64,000 nucleotides of DNA from an uncultured Gemmatimonadales bacterium (GTDB taxonomy: Bacteria; Gemmatimonadota; Gemmatimonadetes; Gemmatimonadales; Gemmatimonadaceae): assembly GCA_963851265.1 (NCBI GenBank), contig CAWKNZ010000002.1, forward strand, positions 1,120,001 to 1,184,000, written 5' to 3'. The position numbers and the translations under genes were made by a program. This document shows positions 48,890 through 58,675 of this stretch, piece by piece (the stretch's first letter is position 1; each line of letters begins with the position of its first letter). The notes below the pieces were generated by a model, which did not search any database, was not told the origin of the DNA, and worked only from the letters and a program-made list of their open reading frames with translations.

Positions 48890-50794
48890 ATGTCCCTGCT
48901 CGCCCGCGTCCAGTCGACCGCCGACCTGAAGCGCTTCTCGCGCGACGAACTGCGTGCGCTCGCCGCCGAGATGCGTGAGCGCCTCATCGCGGTGTGCGCG
49001 ACCACGGGCGGGCACATTGGCGCCGGCCTCGGCGTCGTCGAGCTGACGATCGCTCTGCATTACGTGCTCGACACGCCGCGCGACCAGCTCGTCTGGGACG
49101 TCGGGCATCAGGGCTACCCGCACAAGCTGCTCACCGGCCGCAACACGGGCATGGAAACGCTGCGCCAGGAAAACGGCGTTTCGGGGTTCCTGAAGCGGAC
49201 CGAAAGCGAGTACGACGCGTTCGGCGCGGGGCACGCCGCGACGTCGATCTCGGCCGCGCTCGGGATCGCGGCCGGGCGCGATCTCACCGGGCAGGATTTC
49301 AAGGTCGCCGCGGTGATCGGCGATGGCGCACTCTCGTCCGGTCTCGCGTACGAGGGCCTGAACAACGCTGGCAGCGCGGAGCGCGACGTCATCGTCGTCC
49401 TGAACGACAACGAGATGTCGATCGCGCCCAACGTGGGCGCGATGCACAAGTACCTCGTCTCGGTCCAGCGCAACCCGCTCTACAACCGCCTCCGCACCAA
49501 GGTCTTCGAACTCGTCACCGCGCTCGGCGGCAAGGGCGGCGTGCCCAGCGCGCTGCTCCGAAAGTGGGAGGAGAGCTTCAAGGCGTTCGTCACCCCGGGC
49601 ATCCTTTTCGAGGAGCTCGGGTTTCGCTATTTCGGTCCCATCGACGGACACGACGTCGACGCGCTCGTCGACACCCTCGCGGCCGTGCGAGACATGAAAG
49701 GCCCGCGTCTCGTGCACGTGATCACGCAGAAGGGCAAGGGGTTCCCGGCCGGCGAGAACATCGAGAAGTGGCACGCCCTGCCGCCAGGGCACGACCCGAC
49801 CACGGGCAAGCTCCTGCGCGCGAGCACCGCGAATCCTGCCTACACGGCCGTCTTCGGCCGAGCGCTCGCCGAGCTCGGAACGCTCGACCCGCGTGTCGCC
49901 GTCATCACCGCCGCGATGCCGACGGGGACCGGGACCGCGACGTTCGCGAAGGCGCACCCGGGCCGGTTCTTCGATGTGGGAATCGCGGAAGGGCACGCGG
50001 TCACGTTCGCTGCCGGCCTCGCGACGCAGGGCGTGAAGCCGGTCGTCGCCATCTACTCGACATTCCTGCAGCGCGCATACGACAACGTCATCCATGACGT
50101 CGCGCTGCAGCACCTCCCGGTCGTGTTCGCGATGGACCGCGCCGGCCTCGTCGGCGAGGACGGCGAAACGCACATGGGGCTGTACGACATCGCCTACATG
50201 CTCGCCGTCCCCGACATGATCGTCGCGGCGCCGAAGGACGGCACCGAGATGCTCGCGCTGCTTCGCGCGGCGGTTGACTACGACGCCGGCCCGTTCTGCT
50301 TCCGCTATCCGCGCGACGCGACGCCCGATACGGTGCCCGCGATCTCCGAAGTCGAGCCCGCCCCGATCGGCACGTGGGACGTGCTTCGCCGCGGCCGCGA
50401 TGTCGCGATCCTCGCTGTGGGCACGATGGTCGGCCAGTCGCTCGCCGCGGCAGATACGCTCATCGCCGAGGGCCTCGACGTCACGGTCGTGAACTGCCGC
50501 TATCTCAAGCCGTTCGACGAACTCACGCTGACCGCGCTCCTCGCCGACCACCGCCAACTGCTCGTCGTCGAGGAAGGGACGGTGGTGAACGGGTTCGGCG
50601 CGTACATGGCCGAGATCGTCGCGAAGCGCGACCCGGCGGTCCGCGTCATCGCTCACGGCGTGCCCGACCGTTTCATCTACGCGGCATCGCGCACGCGGCA
50701 GCTCGCGCAATGCGGTCTCGACGCTGCGGGCATTGCGGAACGCGTCCGCGCGCTACACGACACACGGCAGGCGAGCGAGGCGTTCGCCGGATAG
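48890..50794 (+). CDS. dxs: 1-deoxy-D-xylulose-5-phosphate synthase
   Basis: WDVGHQ, GDGA...NDN, DVGIAE, DRAG. Confidence 0.97.
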   Translation: MSLLARVQSTADLKRFSRDELRALAAEMRERLIAVCATTGGHIGAGLGVVELTIALHYVLDTPRDQLVWDVGHQGYPHKLLTGRNTGMETLRQENGVSGFLKRTESEYDAFGAGHAATSISAALGIAAGRDLTGQDFKVAAVIGDGALSSGLAYEGLNNAGSAERDVIVVLNDNEMSIAPNVGAMHKYLVSVQRNPLYNRLRTKVFELVTALGGKGGVPSALLRKWEESFKAFVTPGILFEELGFRYFGPIDGHDVDALVDTLAAVRDMKGPRLVHVITQKGKGFPAGENIEKWHALPPGHDPTTGKLLRASTANPAYTAVFGRALAELGTLDPRVAVITAAMPTGTGTATFAKAHPGRFFDVGIAEGHAVTFAAGLATQGVKPVVAIYSTFLQRAYDNVIHDVALQHLPVVFAMDRAGLVGEDGETHMGLYDIAYMLAVPDMIVAAPKDGTEMLALLRAAVDYDAGPFCFRYPRDATPDTVPAISEVEPAPIGTWDVLRRGRDVAILAVGTMVGQSLAAADTLIAEGLDVTVVNCRYLKPFDELTLTALLADHRQLLVVEEGTVVNGFGAYMAEIVAKRDPAVRVIAHGVPDRFIYAASRTRQLAQCGLDAAGIAERVRALHDTRQASEAFAG

Positions 50795-50830
50795 CCCAGA
50801 CCGCGAACCCACGCCGCGAGCCTTCCGGCC

Positions 50831-51718
50831 ATGGCCTCTTCCTCGCCGCCGGTCGCGCGCGTTGGCGTCGTCGGTCACCCGCGGTATGACGGGTTGCCCG
50901 AGGTGCTGCGGCAACTTCGGGCGATCGCGGCCCCGCTCGGCCTCACGCTCTCGCCCGAGTCGGCGCTGCTCGCGGCGCTCCCGGGCTCGCAGCCACTCAC
51001 CGAGCACACGCCCGTCGACGCGCTCCTCAGCCTCGGCGGTGATGGCACGTTGCTGCGCGCGGCTCGTTTCCTCGCCGGCCGGCCGATCCCGATTCTCGGT
51101 GTGAATCTCGGGCGCCTCGGATTCCTCACGAGTCTGGGGGCAGACGGGCTCGAAGCCGGCGTGCGCCGCCTCGCAGCGGGCGATTACCTCGCCGAAGCGC
51201 GACTCGCGCTCGCCGCTCGCGTGATCGCGGCCGACGGCACGGTTCGCCATTCGTGGCGTTCGCTCAACGACGTCGTACTCCACAAGGGGGGATTCGCGCG
51301 GGTCGTCCGGTTCATGGTCGAAGTCGATGGGGAACCGCTCGGCGCGTTCGCCGCGGACGGCGTCGTCGTGTCGACGCCCACGGGATCGACGGCGTACAGT
51401 CTGAGCGCCGGCGGCCCTGTCGTCGTGCCCACGGTCGACTCGATGGTCCTCACGCCGGTGTCGCCTCACACGCTCGCGATCCGACCCATCGTGCTGCCCG
51501 CGACCGCCGTCGTCCGCCTTCGCGGTGAGTGCGAGCCGGAATCGCTGCTCGCGACGTTCGACGGCCAGGTCGGCGCGCGTTTCCATACGGCCGAGACACT
51601 CGAAATCGAGCGATCGTCTTCCCCGGTGTTGGTGGTCCGGTTCAGCGACGGATCGTTCTTCGGCAGGCTACGCGAGAAGATGGGCTGGGGCGGCCTTACG
51701 GAGCGGGACGGGGTGTAG
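50831..51718 (+). CDS. nadK: NAD kinase
   Basis: GGDGT, LGFL, ND, TPTGSTAYSLSAGG. Confidence 0.95.
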   Translation: MASSSPPVARVGVVGHPRYDGLPEVLRQLRAIAAPLGLTLSPESALLAALPGSQPLTEHTPVDALLSLGGDGTLLRAARFLAGRPIPILGVNLGRLGFLTSLGADGLEAGVRRLAAGDYLAEARLALAARVIAADGTVRHSWRSLNDVVLHKGGFARVVRFMVEVDGEPLGAFAADGVVVSTPTGSTAYSLSAGGPVVVPTVDSMVLTPVSPHTLAIRPIVLPATAVVRLRGECEPESLLATFDGQVGARFHTAETLEIERSSSPVLVVRFSDGSFFGRLREKMGWGGLTERDGV

Positions 51719-51929
51719 CACCGGATCGCGCGAGCGCCTCGCTACGCGCGCCGAGCCACCGATGACGGGTCCTCGCGCGGTGGCGCGGGGGTGAGACGTG
51801 CCGCCATTTCGGGGAGTCGTCCGCGTGTCGAACGGTCCCATGGGCGGAGCGGCGGAGCCCCCGACGGGGTAGAATGGAACGAGCGGTCGTCCGCGCTGCG
51901 GCGGCGGTCGTTTCTACGTCCCACGCTGC

Positions 51930-53723
51930 ATGCTGACAGAGCTCCGCATCCGGAACTTCGCCATCATCGACTCGCTCGCGCTTCCGCTCGCGCGCGGGTT
52001 CAACGTGTTGTCCGGCGAAACCGGGGCGGGGAAGTCGATCATCGTCGGTGCGCTCGGCCTGCTACTCGGTGAGCGCGCGAGCACCGAGCTGATCCGCACC
52101 GGCGCCGACCGTGCGACGGTCGAGGGCACGTTCGACGTGGACGGACGTGACGACCTCGCCGCGCTGCTCGACGCACGCGGAATCGATGTGGACGCGCGAA
52201 CGGTCGTGCTCAAGCGCGAGGTTGCGACCGGAGGGCGCACCCGCGCGTGGGCCAACGGCACGCCGGTGACGGCCGGCGTGCTGGCGGAGATCGGGCGCCT
52301 GCTCGTCAACCTCCACGGCCAGCACGAGGCGCAGACCCTGCTCGACGCCGAATCGCAGCGCCGCACGCTCGACGCGTTCGCCGGCGCGCAGGGGCAGGCC
52401 GAGCGCGTGCGCGCGGCGGCGGCGGCGCTGGATGCGGTGCGCGCCGAGATTCGTGCGCTCGACGCGCGGCGCGCCGAGGCGGAGCGCCGCGCCGACTACC
52501 TGCGCCACGTCGCCAAGGAGATCGAGGACGCGCGCGTGGTCGTCGGCGAGGACGAGCGGCTCGAAGAGGAGGCGCGCCGCCTCGAGCACGCCGACGAGTT
52601 GCGGACGCTGGCGGCCGGCGCGTCGGCGCTCCTGGACGGCGCCGAGGACGCCGTACTCCAGCAGCTCGCTGCAGTGCATCGCGCGTTAGGCACGCTGGAG
52701 CGCATCGACGCGTCGCTCGCGCGTTTCGGGGAGCTGTACGACGCGGCGTTTTACGCGCTCGAAGAGTTGTCGCGCGAACTCGTCGACTACGAGCGAGGCG
52801 TGGAGCTCGACCCCGAGCGGCTGCAGGACGTTCAGCGCCGGCGCGACCTCCTGTTCCGGCTCACCAAGAAGTACGGCCCCACGCTGGCGAACGTCGTCGA
52901 CCAGGGTCGTCGCGCGCGCGAGGAGCTCGACCTGGTCGACTCCGCCGACGCCGACCTTCGCGCACTCGAGCTCCGCGAGGCGGCGGCGCGCGACGAGCTC
53001 GCGCGGGCGGCCGCCGAGCTCACGGCACGCCGCACGGCCGCGTCCGACCAGTTGAGCGAGGCCGTCGAGCGCGTCTTCCCGGACCTCGGGATGGCCGACG
53101 GGCGGTTCCGGGTCGCGCTCACACCCCGCGCCGAGCCGGCGGCGACCGGCGCCGAGGACGTCGAGTTCCGCGTCGCGCTGAACGTCGGCCACGACGCACG
53201 CCCGCTCGCGCGCGCGGCCAGCGGCGGCGAACTCTCCCGGGTGATGCTCGCGCTCAAGACCATCCTCGCGCGGCTCGACCGCGTGCCGACGCTCGTGTTC
53301 GATGAAGTCGACGCCGGGATTGGCGGCCGCGTCGGCCTGCTCGTCGGTGAGACGATGCGGCGCGTCGCGGATCACCACCAGGTGTTCGCGATCTCGCACC
53401 TGCCGCAGCTCGCGGCGCGCGCCCACCACCACATCCTCGTCAGCAAGGGCGCGCGCGACGGCGTGACGACGGCAGACGTGAGGGTGCTCGCGGGCGACGC
53501 GCGGGTGACGGAAGTCGCGCGGATGCTCGGCGGGGACGCCGAGAGCCCGGTGAGCCGCGCGCACGCGCGCGAACTGCTCGACGACGCGGTTCGCACCTCG
53601 GCGAGCAACGGCGCGGCCGCGCCCGCCCCGGCACCGCCCTCCAGTCCTGCGCCCGGCGTGCCCGGGACTAACGGCGCCCGCGCAGCCCGCCGTACACCCG
53701 CAGCGAGAGCACGTCCGAGCTGA
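51930..53723 (+). CDS. recN: DNA repair protein RecN
   Basis: GETGAGKS, HGQHE, ASGGELSR, FDEVDAG, HLPQ. Confidence 0.96.
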   Translation: MLTELRIRNFAIIDSLALPLARGFNVLSGETGAGKSIIVGALGLLLGERASTELIRTGADRATVEGTFDVDGRDDLAALLDARGIDVDARTVVLKREVATGGRTRAWANGTPVTAGVLAEIGRLLVNLHGQHEAQTLLDAESQRRTLDAFAGAQGQAERVRAAAAALDAVRAEIRALDARRAEAERRADYLRHVAKEIEDARVVVGEDERLEEEARRLEHADELRTLAAGASALLDGAEDAVLQQLAAVHRALGTLERIDASLARFGELYDAAFYALEELSRELVDYERGVELDPERLQDVQRRRDLLFRLTKKYGPTLANVVDQGRRAREELDLVDSADADLRALELREAAARDELARAAAELTARRTAASDQLSEAVERVFPDLGMADGRFRVALTPRAEPAATGAEDVEFRVALNVGHDARPLARAASGGELSRVMLALKTILARLDRVPTLVFDEVDAGIGGRVGLLVGETMRRVADHHQVFAISHLPQLAARAHHHILVSKGARDGVTTADVRVLAGDARVTEVARMLGGDAESPVSRAHARELLDDAVRTSASNGAAAPAPAPPSSPAPGVPGTNGARAARRTPAARARPS

Positions 53724-55332
53724 GCCGCGGCTGGGTGCCGCCGCCGCCCGCGGCGGTGACCGCGTGCAGGTAGCTCAGCTCGATCGGGAGTCGAGCACGA
53801 CCTCGCGACCACGCCGTCATCGTCGAGTACGACAGCCCAAGCCCGACGCGCGCCTCCCGCTGCGCCGTGCCGATGCCTAACGAAGAGGCGTCGAACGTCA
53901 CCGGCGGCCCGCCCGTCTCGTCCGCGGTGGCCGTGTACTGGCCGGTGTAGCGATCCGCCGCGCGCGCGCGAACGAGCGCCTGCCCCCACACGGCGAACGT
54001 CTCGCCCGTCGCGTATCGCGGATTCAGTTCGACCTGGACCTCGCGCCCGAGCTGTCGGCTGACCTCTCGCTCGCGGAAGAGCGGGACGTAGCCGGAGTCG
54101 AACGCGGCCGGCACGCGCAGCCGGCGCGTGTCGCCGAACGGCGCGGCGAGGCGGACCGCGCCGGAGATCGACACGCGCGGATTGAACACCACGTCGGTGA
54201 TCGAACGCAGGAGCAGCCCGTACGCACCGGTCGCGGGCGGCACGTCCAGCAGGATCCCCGGTACTTCGTACCGCCCGGTCCCTAACCGAACTCCGGCGAC
54301 GATCGTGCTCCGCACGCGCCGGCCCGCCGAGGTCGCACGCGAGCGCGCCATCCCACGCGCGTCCCGCGCGTCGTCGAACGTGTTCAGCCATTGATACATC
54401 GCGGTGAGCTCGACGTCACCGATCCCCCAATGGCGGAAGCCGCCGCCGAGCGAATCGGCTGCGGCCAGCCCGAACGACGTGTCCGCGACGGCGACGTGGT
54501 AGCCGGCGATCCCGATCCGCGCCTGCGCCGCGTACGGGACGGCGGTCGTGTCGAGCGTGACGCCGTCCGCGCGCGCACTGGCCGCGAGCCGCCCGAGTCG
54601 TTGGATGACCGCGGCCTGCGCGGCCGACCCTACGAGCGGGACCGCGTTTGCGCCCGGTGCCGTCCCGTTGCCGTAGACGCTGGCGAGCGCGGTCGCGAAG
54701 CGCGCGAGCGAGTCCGCGAGCGCGCTCGCGCCCGCGCTCTTGAGCGCCGCCGCGGCGGTCGTGAGGGCCTGCTGCGCCCGCAGGTTCGCCGCGTTCGCGG
54801 TCGACACCGTCGTCGCGTCGGCGTACCGAGAGTTGGCCGGGTTCAGCCCGAAATTCCCGTCCTTGCCCCCGGGGTTGACCGTGGGGGCGATGGACGTGCG
54901 CGTGCGCGTGATCGGCACCAGCACGCCGAACGCGAGCCGGCGCGAGAGCCCGACCTCGAGCGACAGTGGCACACTCAGCGTCTGGGCGTATCCGCTCACC
55001 TGCACCCGCCCGAGTGACAGGGCGAGCGCGCTGTTGCCGGTGATGGCGCGCAGCGTGTCGCGCACGGCGCGCAGTCGTGGGAGCTGCGTCACGCCGAACG
55101 AGTCGGTCGAGAACGCGCTTCCCACGCCCGCGCGCGCGCCACCGGCGAACGTCGATCCCCACGCCGTCACGTTCGGCGTCGCGCGAGCGCGCACCTGGCC
55201 GGGGGCGGGCAGCGTAGCGTCTTCGCCGCCGCCGAGGACGGCCTGGGCGGCGAGGTCACGCGCGCCGGCCAGCGACGCCGTGAGGGCGGCCGCTGCCAGG
55301 AGACCGGGCGCGCGGTGATTACGGAACGGCAA
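53668..55332 (-). CDS. Hypothetical secreted/outer-membrane protein
   Basis: 3' part of tracked ORF 53668..56757; TTG start (55332 or 55347), signal peptide LLAAAALTASLAGARDLAAQ, amphipathic beta-strand-like segments, own promoter. Confidence 0.65.
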   Translation of the reverse strand: MPFRNHRAPGLLAAAALTASLAGARDLAAQAVLGGGEDATLPAPGQVRARATPNVTAWGSTFAGGARAGVGSAFSTDSFGVTQLPRLRAVRDTLRAITGNSALALSLGRVQVSGYAQTLSVPLSLEVGLSRRLAFGVLVPITRTRTSIAPTVNPGGKDGNFGLNPANSRYADATTVSTANAANLRAQQALTTAAAALKSAGASALADSLARFATALASVYGNGTAPGANAVPLVGSAAQAAVIQRLGRLAASARADGVTLDTTAVPYAAQARIGIAGYHVAVADTSFGLAAADSLGGGFRHWGIGDVELTAMYQWLNTFDDARDARGMARSRATSAGRRVRSTIVAGVRLGTGRYEVPGILLDVPPATGAYGLLLRSITDVVFNPRVSISGAVRLAAPFGDTRRLRVPAAFDSGYVPLFREREVSRQLGREVQVELNPRYATGETFAVWGQALVRARAADRYTGQYTATADETGGPPVTFDASSLGIGTAQREARVGLGLSYSTMTAWSRGRARLPIELSYLHAVTAAGGGGTQPRLSSDVLSLRVYGGLRGRR

Positions 55333-55387
55333 ACCTTTGCTCCACAACGCGTTAGACGATGCGCCGTGAGCCGGGCGCGCGGGGGCT

Positions 55388-55416
55388 AGATTAGCCGCGC
55401 CGCGGGGGAGCGTCAA
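55388..55416 (-). promoter_or_regulatory. Sigma70-like promoter for the minus-strand hypothetical gene
   Basis: Minus strand TTGACG-17 nt-TAATCT; overlaps a + strand TAGATT at 55387-55392. Confidence 0.55.
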
Positions 55417-55452
55417 CGTGGCGCCCCGCACGCGGTCCCCTTTCGTCCAACC

Positions 55453-57258
55453 GTGCCAACACTCCCGCCCACGCAGGTTCCCTGGCAAGTCACCGGCAAT
55501 CACTGGCTGTCGCTGCCGTGCATCCACCCGGCGGACGGCGCGGTTCACGCGGTCGGGGTACTTCACCGCGGGGCGCGCGCGGCCGTCGAGTTCGCCGGCG
55601 ACGCCGAGTTCCTCGCCGGGACCGGGCCCGCGTTGCTGCGCCCGGTGCTGCGCGTGGACGGCGTGGTGCGCGAGGTCGGCGGTGAGGGCGGAGCGATCGC
55701 GTGGGAGCGGGCCATGCACTGGCTGCCGACGTTCACGTCGACGCTCGCCGATTCCCTCGTCGTGCGCGGAACGATCTTCGCGCCGCACGGGCGCGACGCC
55801 GACCTGTCCGGCGCGGTGTACACGATCGCCGTCGAGAACCGGGGCGCCGCCGCCGTCGACATCGAACTCGCGCTCGAGGGCACGCTCGGGCACCGGCAGC
55901 TGCGCGTCCGCTCTCCACGCCCGTTCGACGACGCGCCGCGCGTGCACCGCGGCGCCGACGACGTGCTGGTGCTTGAAGGCGCGGCGCTCCCGGGACTCGT
56001 CGCAATCGCACTCGGGGCGGACGGCGAGGCGCGCGTCGAGATCGACGACGCCGGAGCGGGTGGCGCGCCGCGGTACGCGGTCCGACGCGCGTTCCGGGTC
56101 GAGCGGGGCACGACGCAGCAGGCCGCCTTCTATCTCGCCGCCGGCCCGGAGCGCGACGGCGCCCAGGCGACGGTCGCGGCGATGCGTCGCCGCGGATGGC
56201 GTGAGCTGCTCGCCCGCACGCGCGACGCGCTGCGCGACCTCGAGCAGACCACCGGCAACGCCGCCATCGACCGGCTGCTCAATCGAAACCTGCTGTTCGC
56301 GTACTTCTACGGCTGCGGGCGCGCACTCGACGACGCGCATTTCTACCTCGCGCGCACGCGCTCTCCCGCCCACGGACTCGGAGTCACGGTCCGCGACTGG
56401 GAGGCACTCACGTGGACGCTGCCGGCCGTACAGTTGGCCGACCCGGGCCTTGCGCGTGAACTCCTGCTGCGTGCGTGCGAGCTGCTCGGCTACGCGCCCG
56501 GCGACGGCGTGCGCTACCTCGACGGCACCTTGTTCGAGCCCGGATTCTCGCTCGAGGGTGCGGCGGCGTATGCCCTCGCCGCGGATCGCTACGTGCGCGA
56601 TACCAACGACGACCAGGTGATCGAGGAGGGCGTGCTCGCCGACACTCTCTACGCGGCCCACGACGACATCGCGGCACGGCGCGACGAGCGGCAGCCGCTC
56701 TACTCCACCGCGGTCGGCGTGTCGGGCGACCCGGTCGCGCATCCGTACACGCTGCACGGGAACGCGGTTGTCGCGCAGGCGCTCGCCGTCTTCCGGCGCA
56801 CGCTCGACGAGGAGACCGCGAAGTCGGTCCAGGACCCGGAGGCCGTGCGCGCCGCGCTCGCGCGTCAGTTCGGCGTCGAACGCGAGGGGAAGACGGTGTT
56901 CGCCGCCGCGATCGACCTCAAGGGCGCGAGCGCCGAGCGCGACGACCCGGTCGGCTCGGCGCTGTGGCTCCCGCTGTACGACGCGGTGGAACGCAGCGAC
57001 TCGACGTACCGCCGCACCGCGCGCGCGTTAGGCCCCGAGCACGCGGGCCAGCTCGCCGCACAGATCGCGCGCCTCCTCGGGCCCGACGCGCCACAGATGC
57101 TCCAGTGGCTGCGCCGCGCGCCTCTCGACCAAGGCGTCGCGGCGGAGTTCGTCGACGAGGAGGGGCGCGCGACGGGAAACGGCGGCGACGCCGCGCTCTC
57201 CGGGCTGCTCGCCGCGACCGTGTGGCACGCCGTGCACGTCCTCGGGGTCACGCCGTAA
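55453..57258 (+). CDS. Six-hairpin glycosidase-like protein (GH125-like, divergent)
   Basis: RDWEAL, HPYTLHGN, DDPVGSALWLP and AAEF segments recall the GH125 (alpha/alpha)6 motifs. Confidence 0.55.
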   Translation: MPTLPPTQVPWQVTGNHWLSLPCIHPADGAVHAVGVLHRGARAAVEFAGDAEFLAGTGPALLRPVLRVDGVVREVGGEGGAIAWERAMHWLPTFTSTLADSLVVRGTIFAPHGRDADLSGAVYTIAVENRGAAAVDIELALEGTLGHRQLRVRSPRPFDDAPRVHRGADDVLVLEGAALPGLVAIALGADGEARVEIDDAGAGGAPRYAVRRAFRVERGTTQQAAFYLAAGPERDGAQATVAAMRRRGWRELLARTRDALRDLEQTTGNAAIDRLLNRNLLFAYFYGCGRALDDAHFYLARTRSPAHGLGVTVRDWEALTWTLPAVQLADPGLARELLLRACELLGYAPGDGVRYLDGTLFEPGFSLEGAAAYALAADRYVRDTNDDQVIEEGVLADTLYAAHDDIAARRDERQPLYSTAVGVSGDPVAHPYTLHGNAVVAQALAVFRRTLDEETAKSVQDPEAVRAALARQFGVEREGKTVFAAAIDLKGASAERDDPVGSALWLPLYDAVERSDSTYRRTARALGPEHAGQLAAQIARLLGPDAPQMLQWLRRAPLDQGVAAEFVDEEGRATGNGGDAALSGLLAATVWHAVHVLGVTP

Positions 57259-57263
57259 CCGGC

Positions 57264-57292
57264 TTGCCTGTCGGGGCGGGCGCGGCTACGTT
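57264..57292 (+). promoter_or_regulatory. Sigma70-like promoter for tRNA-Gly/Leu
   Basis: TTGCCT-17 nt-TACGTT. Confidence 0.55.
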
Positions 57293-57303
57293 CGATCGAC
57301 CGC

Positions 57304-57376
57304 GCGGGAATAGCTCAGTTGGTAGAGCACAACCTTGCCAAGGTTGGGGTCGCGGGTTCGAGTCCCGTTTCCCGCT
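57304..57376 (+). tRNA. tRNA-Gly(GCC)
   Basis: GCGGGAATAGCTCAGTTGGTAGAGCACAACCTTGCCAAGGTTGGGGTCGCGGGTTCGAGTCCCGTTTCCCGCT. Confidence 0.97.
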
Positions 57377-57463
57377 CTCGTACGTGGCGCGGACGTCCTC
57401 CATGGACGTCCGCGCTCGTCGTTTCTGCGCGCGGTACGCGCCGCACCAGCGCTGCCGCGAACG

Positions 57464-57546
57464 GCCCGGATGGCGAAATCGGTAGACGCATGGGTCTTAA
57501 AAACCCTGGCCCTCTGGGCGTGCGGGTTCGAGTCCCGCTCCGGGCA
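57464..57546 (+). tRNA. tRNA-Leu(TAA)
   Basis: GCCCGGATGGCGAAATCGGTAGACGCA, anticodon loop CTTAAAA, long variable arm, GGTTCGAGTCCCGCTCCGGGCA. Confidence 0.95.
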
Positions 57547-57551
57547 TGACG

Positions 57552-57590
57552 CAGGGGGCCCGCGACGATGTCCGTCGCGGGCCCCCTGTT
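57552..57590. terminator. Hairpin between tRNA-Leu and the convergent gene
   Basis: 16-bp stem cagggggcccgcgacg / cgtcgcgggccccctg followed by tt. Confidence 0.65.
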
Positions 57591-57633
57591 CACGTCGGCG
57601 TGCGCCGCCGACGAGACCGCGCGGTCCACGCCA

Positions 57634-58530
57634 TCAGAACGGCAGGTCGTCGCCGTCGATCGGAGAGCCTAACGGCGCCGCGTCGAACCGCGGCTCGGGC
57701 GATGCCGCGGCTGCCGCGCGCGCACGCGACGGTGCGCGACCGTTCGCCCGCGCCGGCGGAGTTCCGGCGGCTGCCGGCGAGGCTGGCACTTCGGCCGGTT
57801 CCCCGGGGCGCGGCGGCCAAACGACGCCGTCACAGCTTCGATCGCGACACTTGAAGTCAGGCGCCTTCGGATTGCGCTTGGTGAGCCGGTTGTCCCACAT
57901 CCGTCCGCTGCACTTCGGGCACGTCGGGTCGTCGGTAGCCCCCGCGCCGGACTGGGCGGCCGACGCGAACTCATCATCGTCGGCGGGGATCGGCTCGACA
58001 CTCGGCTGACGCGCGGTGACCGGCCGTCGCGTGTCGGCCGCAGCGGTCCGTCGAGCGTCGGCAGCGGCCGGCTCGTCGACGGGGCGCGGCACGTCCGGGC
58101 CGTCGACGACCACCCAGTTCGGCTCGCGCCCGTTGAGCTCGTGACCGATCCCGAAGCGCACCGCGGCGCGCGCGAGCGCGTCGTTCGCCGCGCTCTTGTA
58201 GTCGGGACCGGTGCCGACGTCTTCCCGGATCACGCCGAGGATCTGAAGGCGAGCCTTGAACGCGCATTCCGGTGTGTCACCGGCACGCGTTGGCAGCGAG
58301 GGGAGTAGCTCGAGCGTGAGATCCCACTCGCCGGGAACGACGCGATCGAGGCGCTCGCGGACGGCATTCGCGCCGGGATGCGCGACGTAGCGCACGTACC
58401 ACGCGCCGTCGCGCGCGACGGGTCCGCCGTCCTGCCGCCACGCGGTCGCGTCGGCGTCGAGGGGCGCGGCGAGCGCGGACCAGAGGTTCGGCTTGTCGAG
58501 GGAGGTGGGGGCGTCGTGGCGTGCAATCAT
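57634..58530 (-). CDS. Rad52/Sak/DdrA-like ssDNA-annealing protein with C-terminal Cys4 zinc finger
   Basis: AVRERLDRVVPGEW, REDVG.G.D.KSA.NDALARAAVRFGIG, CPKC...DFKCRDRSC, tail DGDDLPF. Confidence 0.75.
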   Translation of the reverse strand: MIARHDAPTSLDKPNLWSALAAPLDADATAWRQDGGPVARDGAWYVRYVAHPGANAVRERLDRVVPGEWDLTLELLPSLPTRAGDTPECAFKARLQILGVIREDVGTGPDYKSAANDALARAAVRFGIGHELNGREPNWVVVDGPDVPRPVDEPAAADARRTAAADTRRPVTARQPSVEPIPADDDEFASAAQSGAGATDDPTCPKCSGRMWDNRLTKRNPKAPDFKCRDRSCDGVVWPPRPGEPAEVPASPAAAGTPPARANGRAPSRARAAAAASPEPRFDAAPLGSPIDGDDLPF

Positions 58531-58675
58531 GCGACTCTCATCCGTCCAGTCTGAGGCTGCCCCGGTCGAGGGGGCGTGAGGTGAACCGCTACCGCGCGGA
58601 ACGTGTGCGTCGGGTGCCGGCCGCCGCGCGCGACGTGCACCCCAGGTGCGACCGCGAAGTCGCCGTACGTGGTGG

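Noticed and set aside
51719..51929. SOS box upstream of recN
   Set aside because: No recognisable LexA palindrome; only a TAGAAT hexamer.
4054..56757. Many long alternative-frame or antisense ORFs (e.g. 4054..6210, 18131..20275, 35014..37068, 48812..50710, and the 5' half of 53668..56757)
   Set aside because: Arg/Ala/Pro-rich shadow frames of well-supported genes, expected at this GC content.
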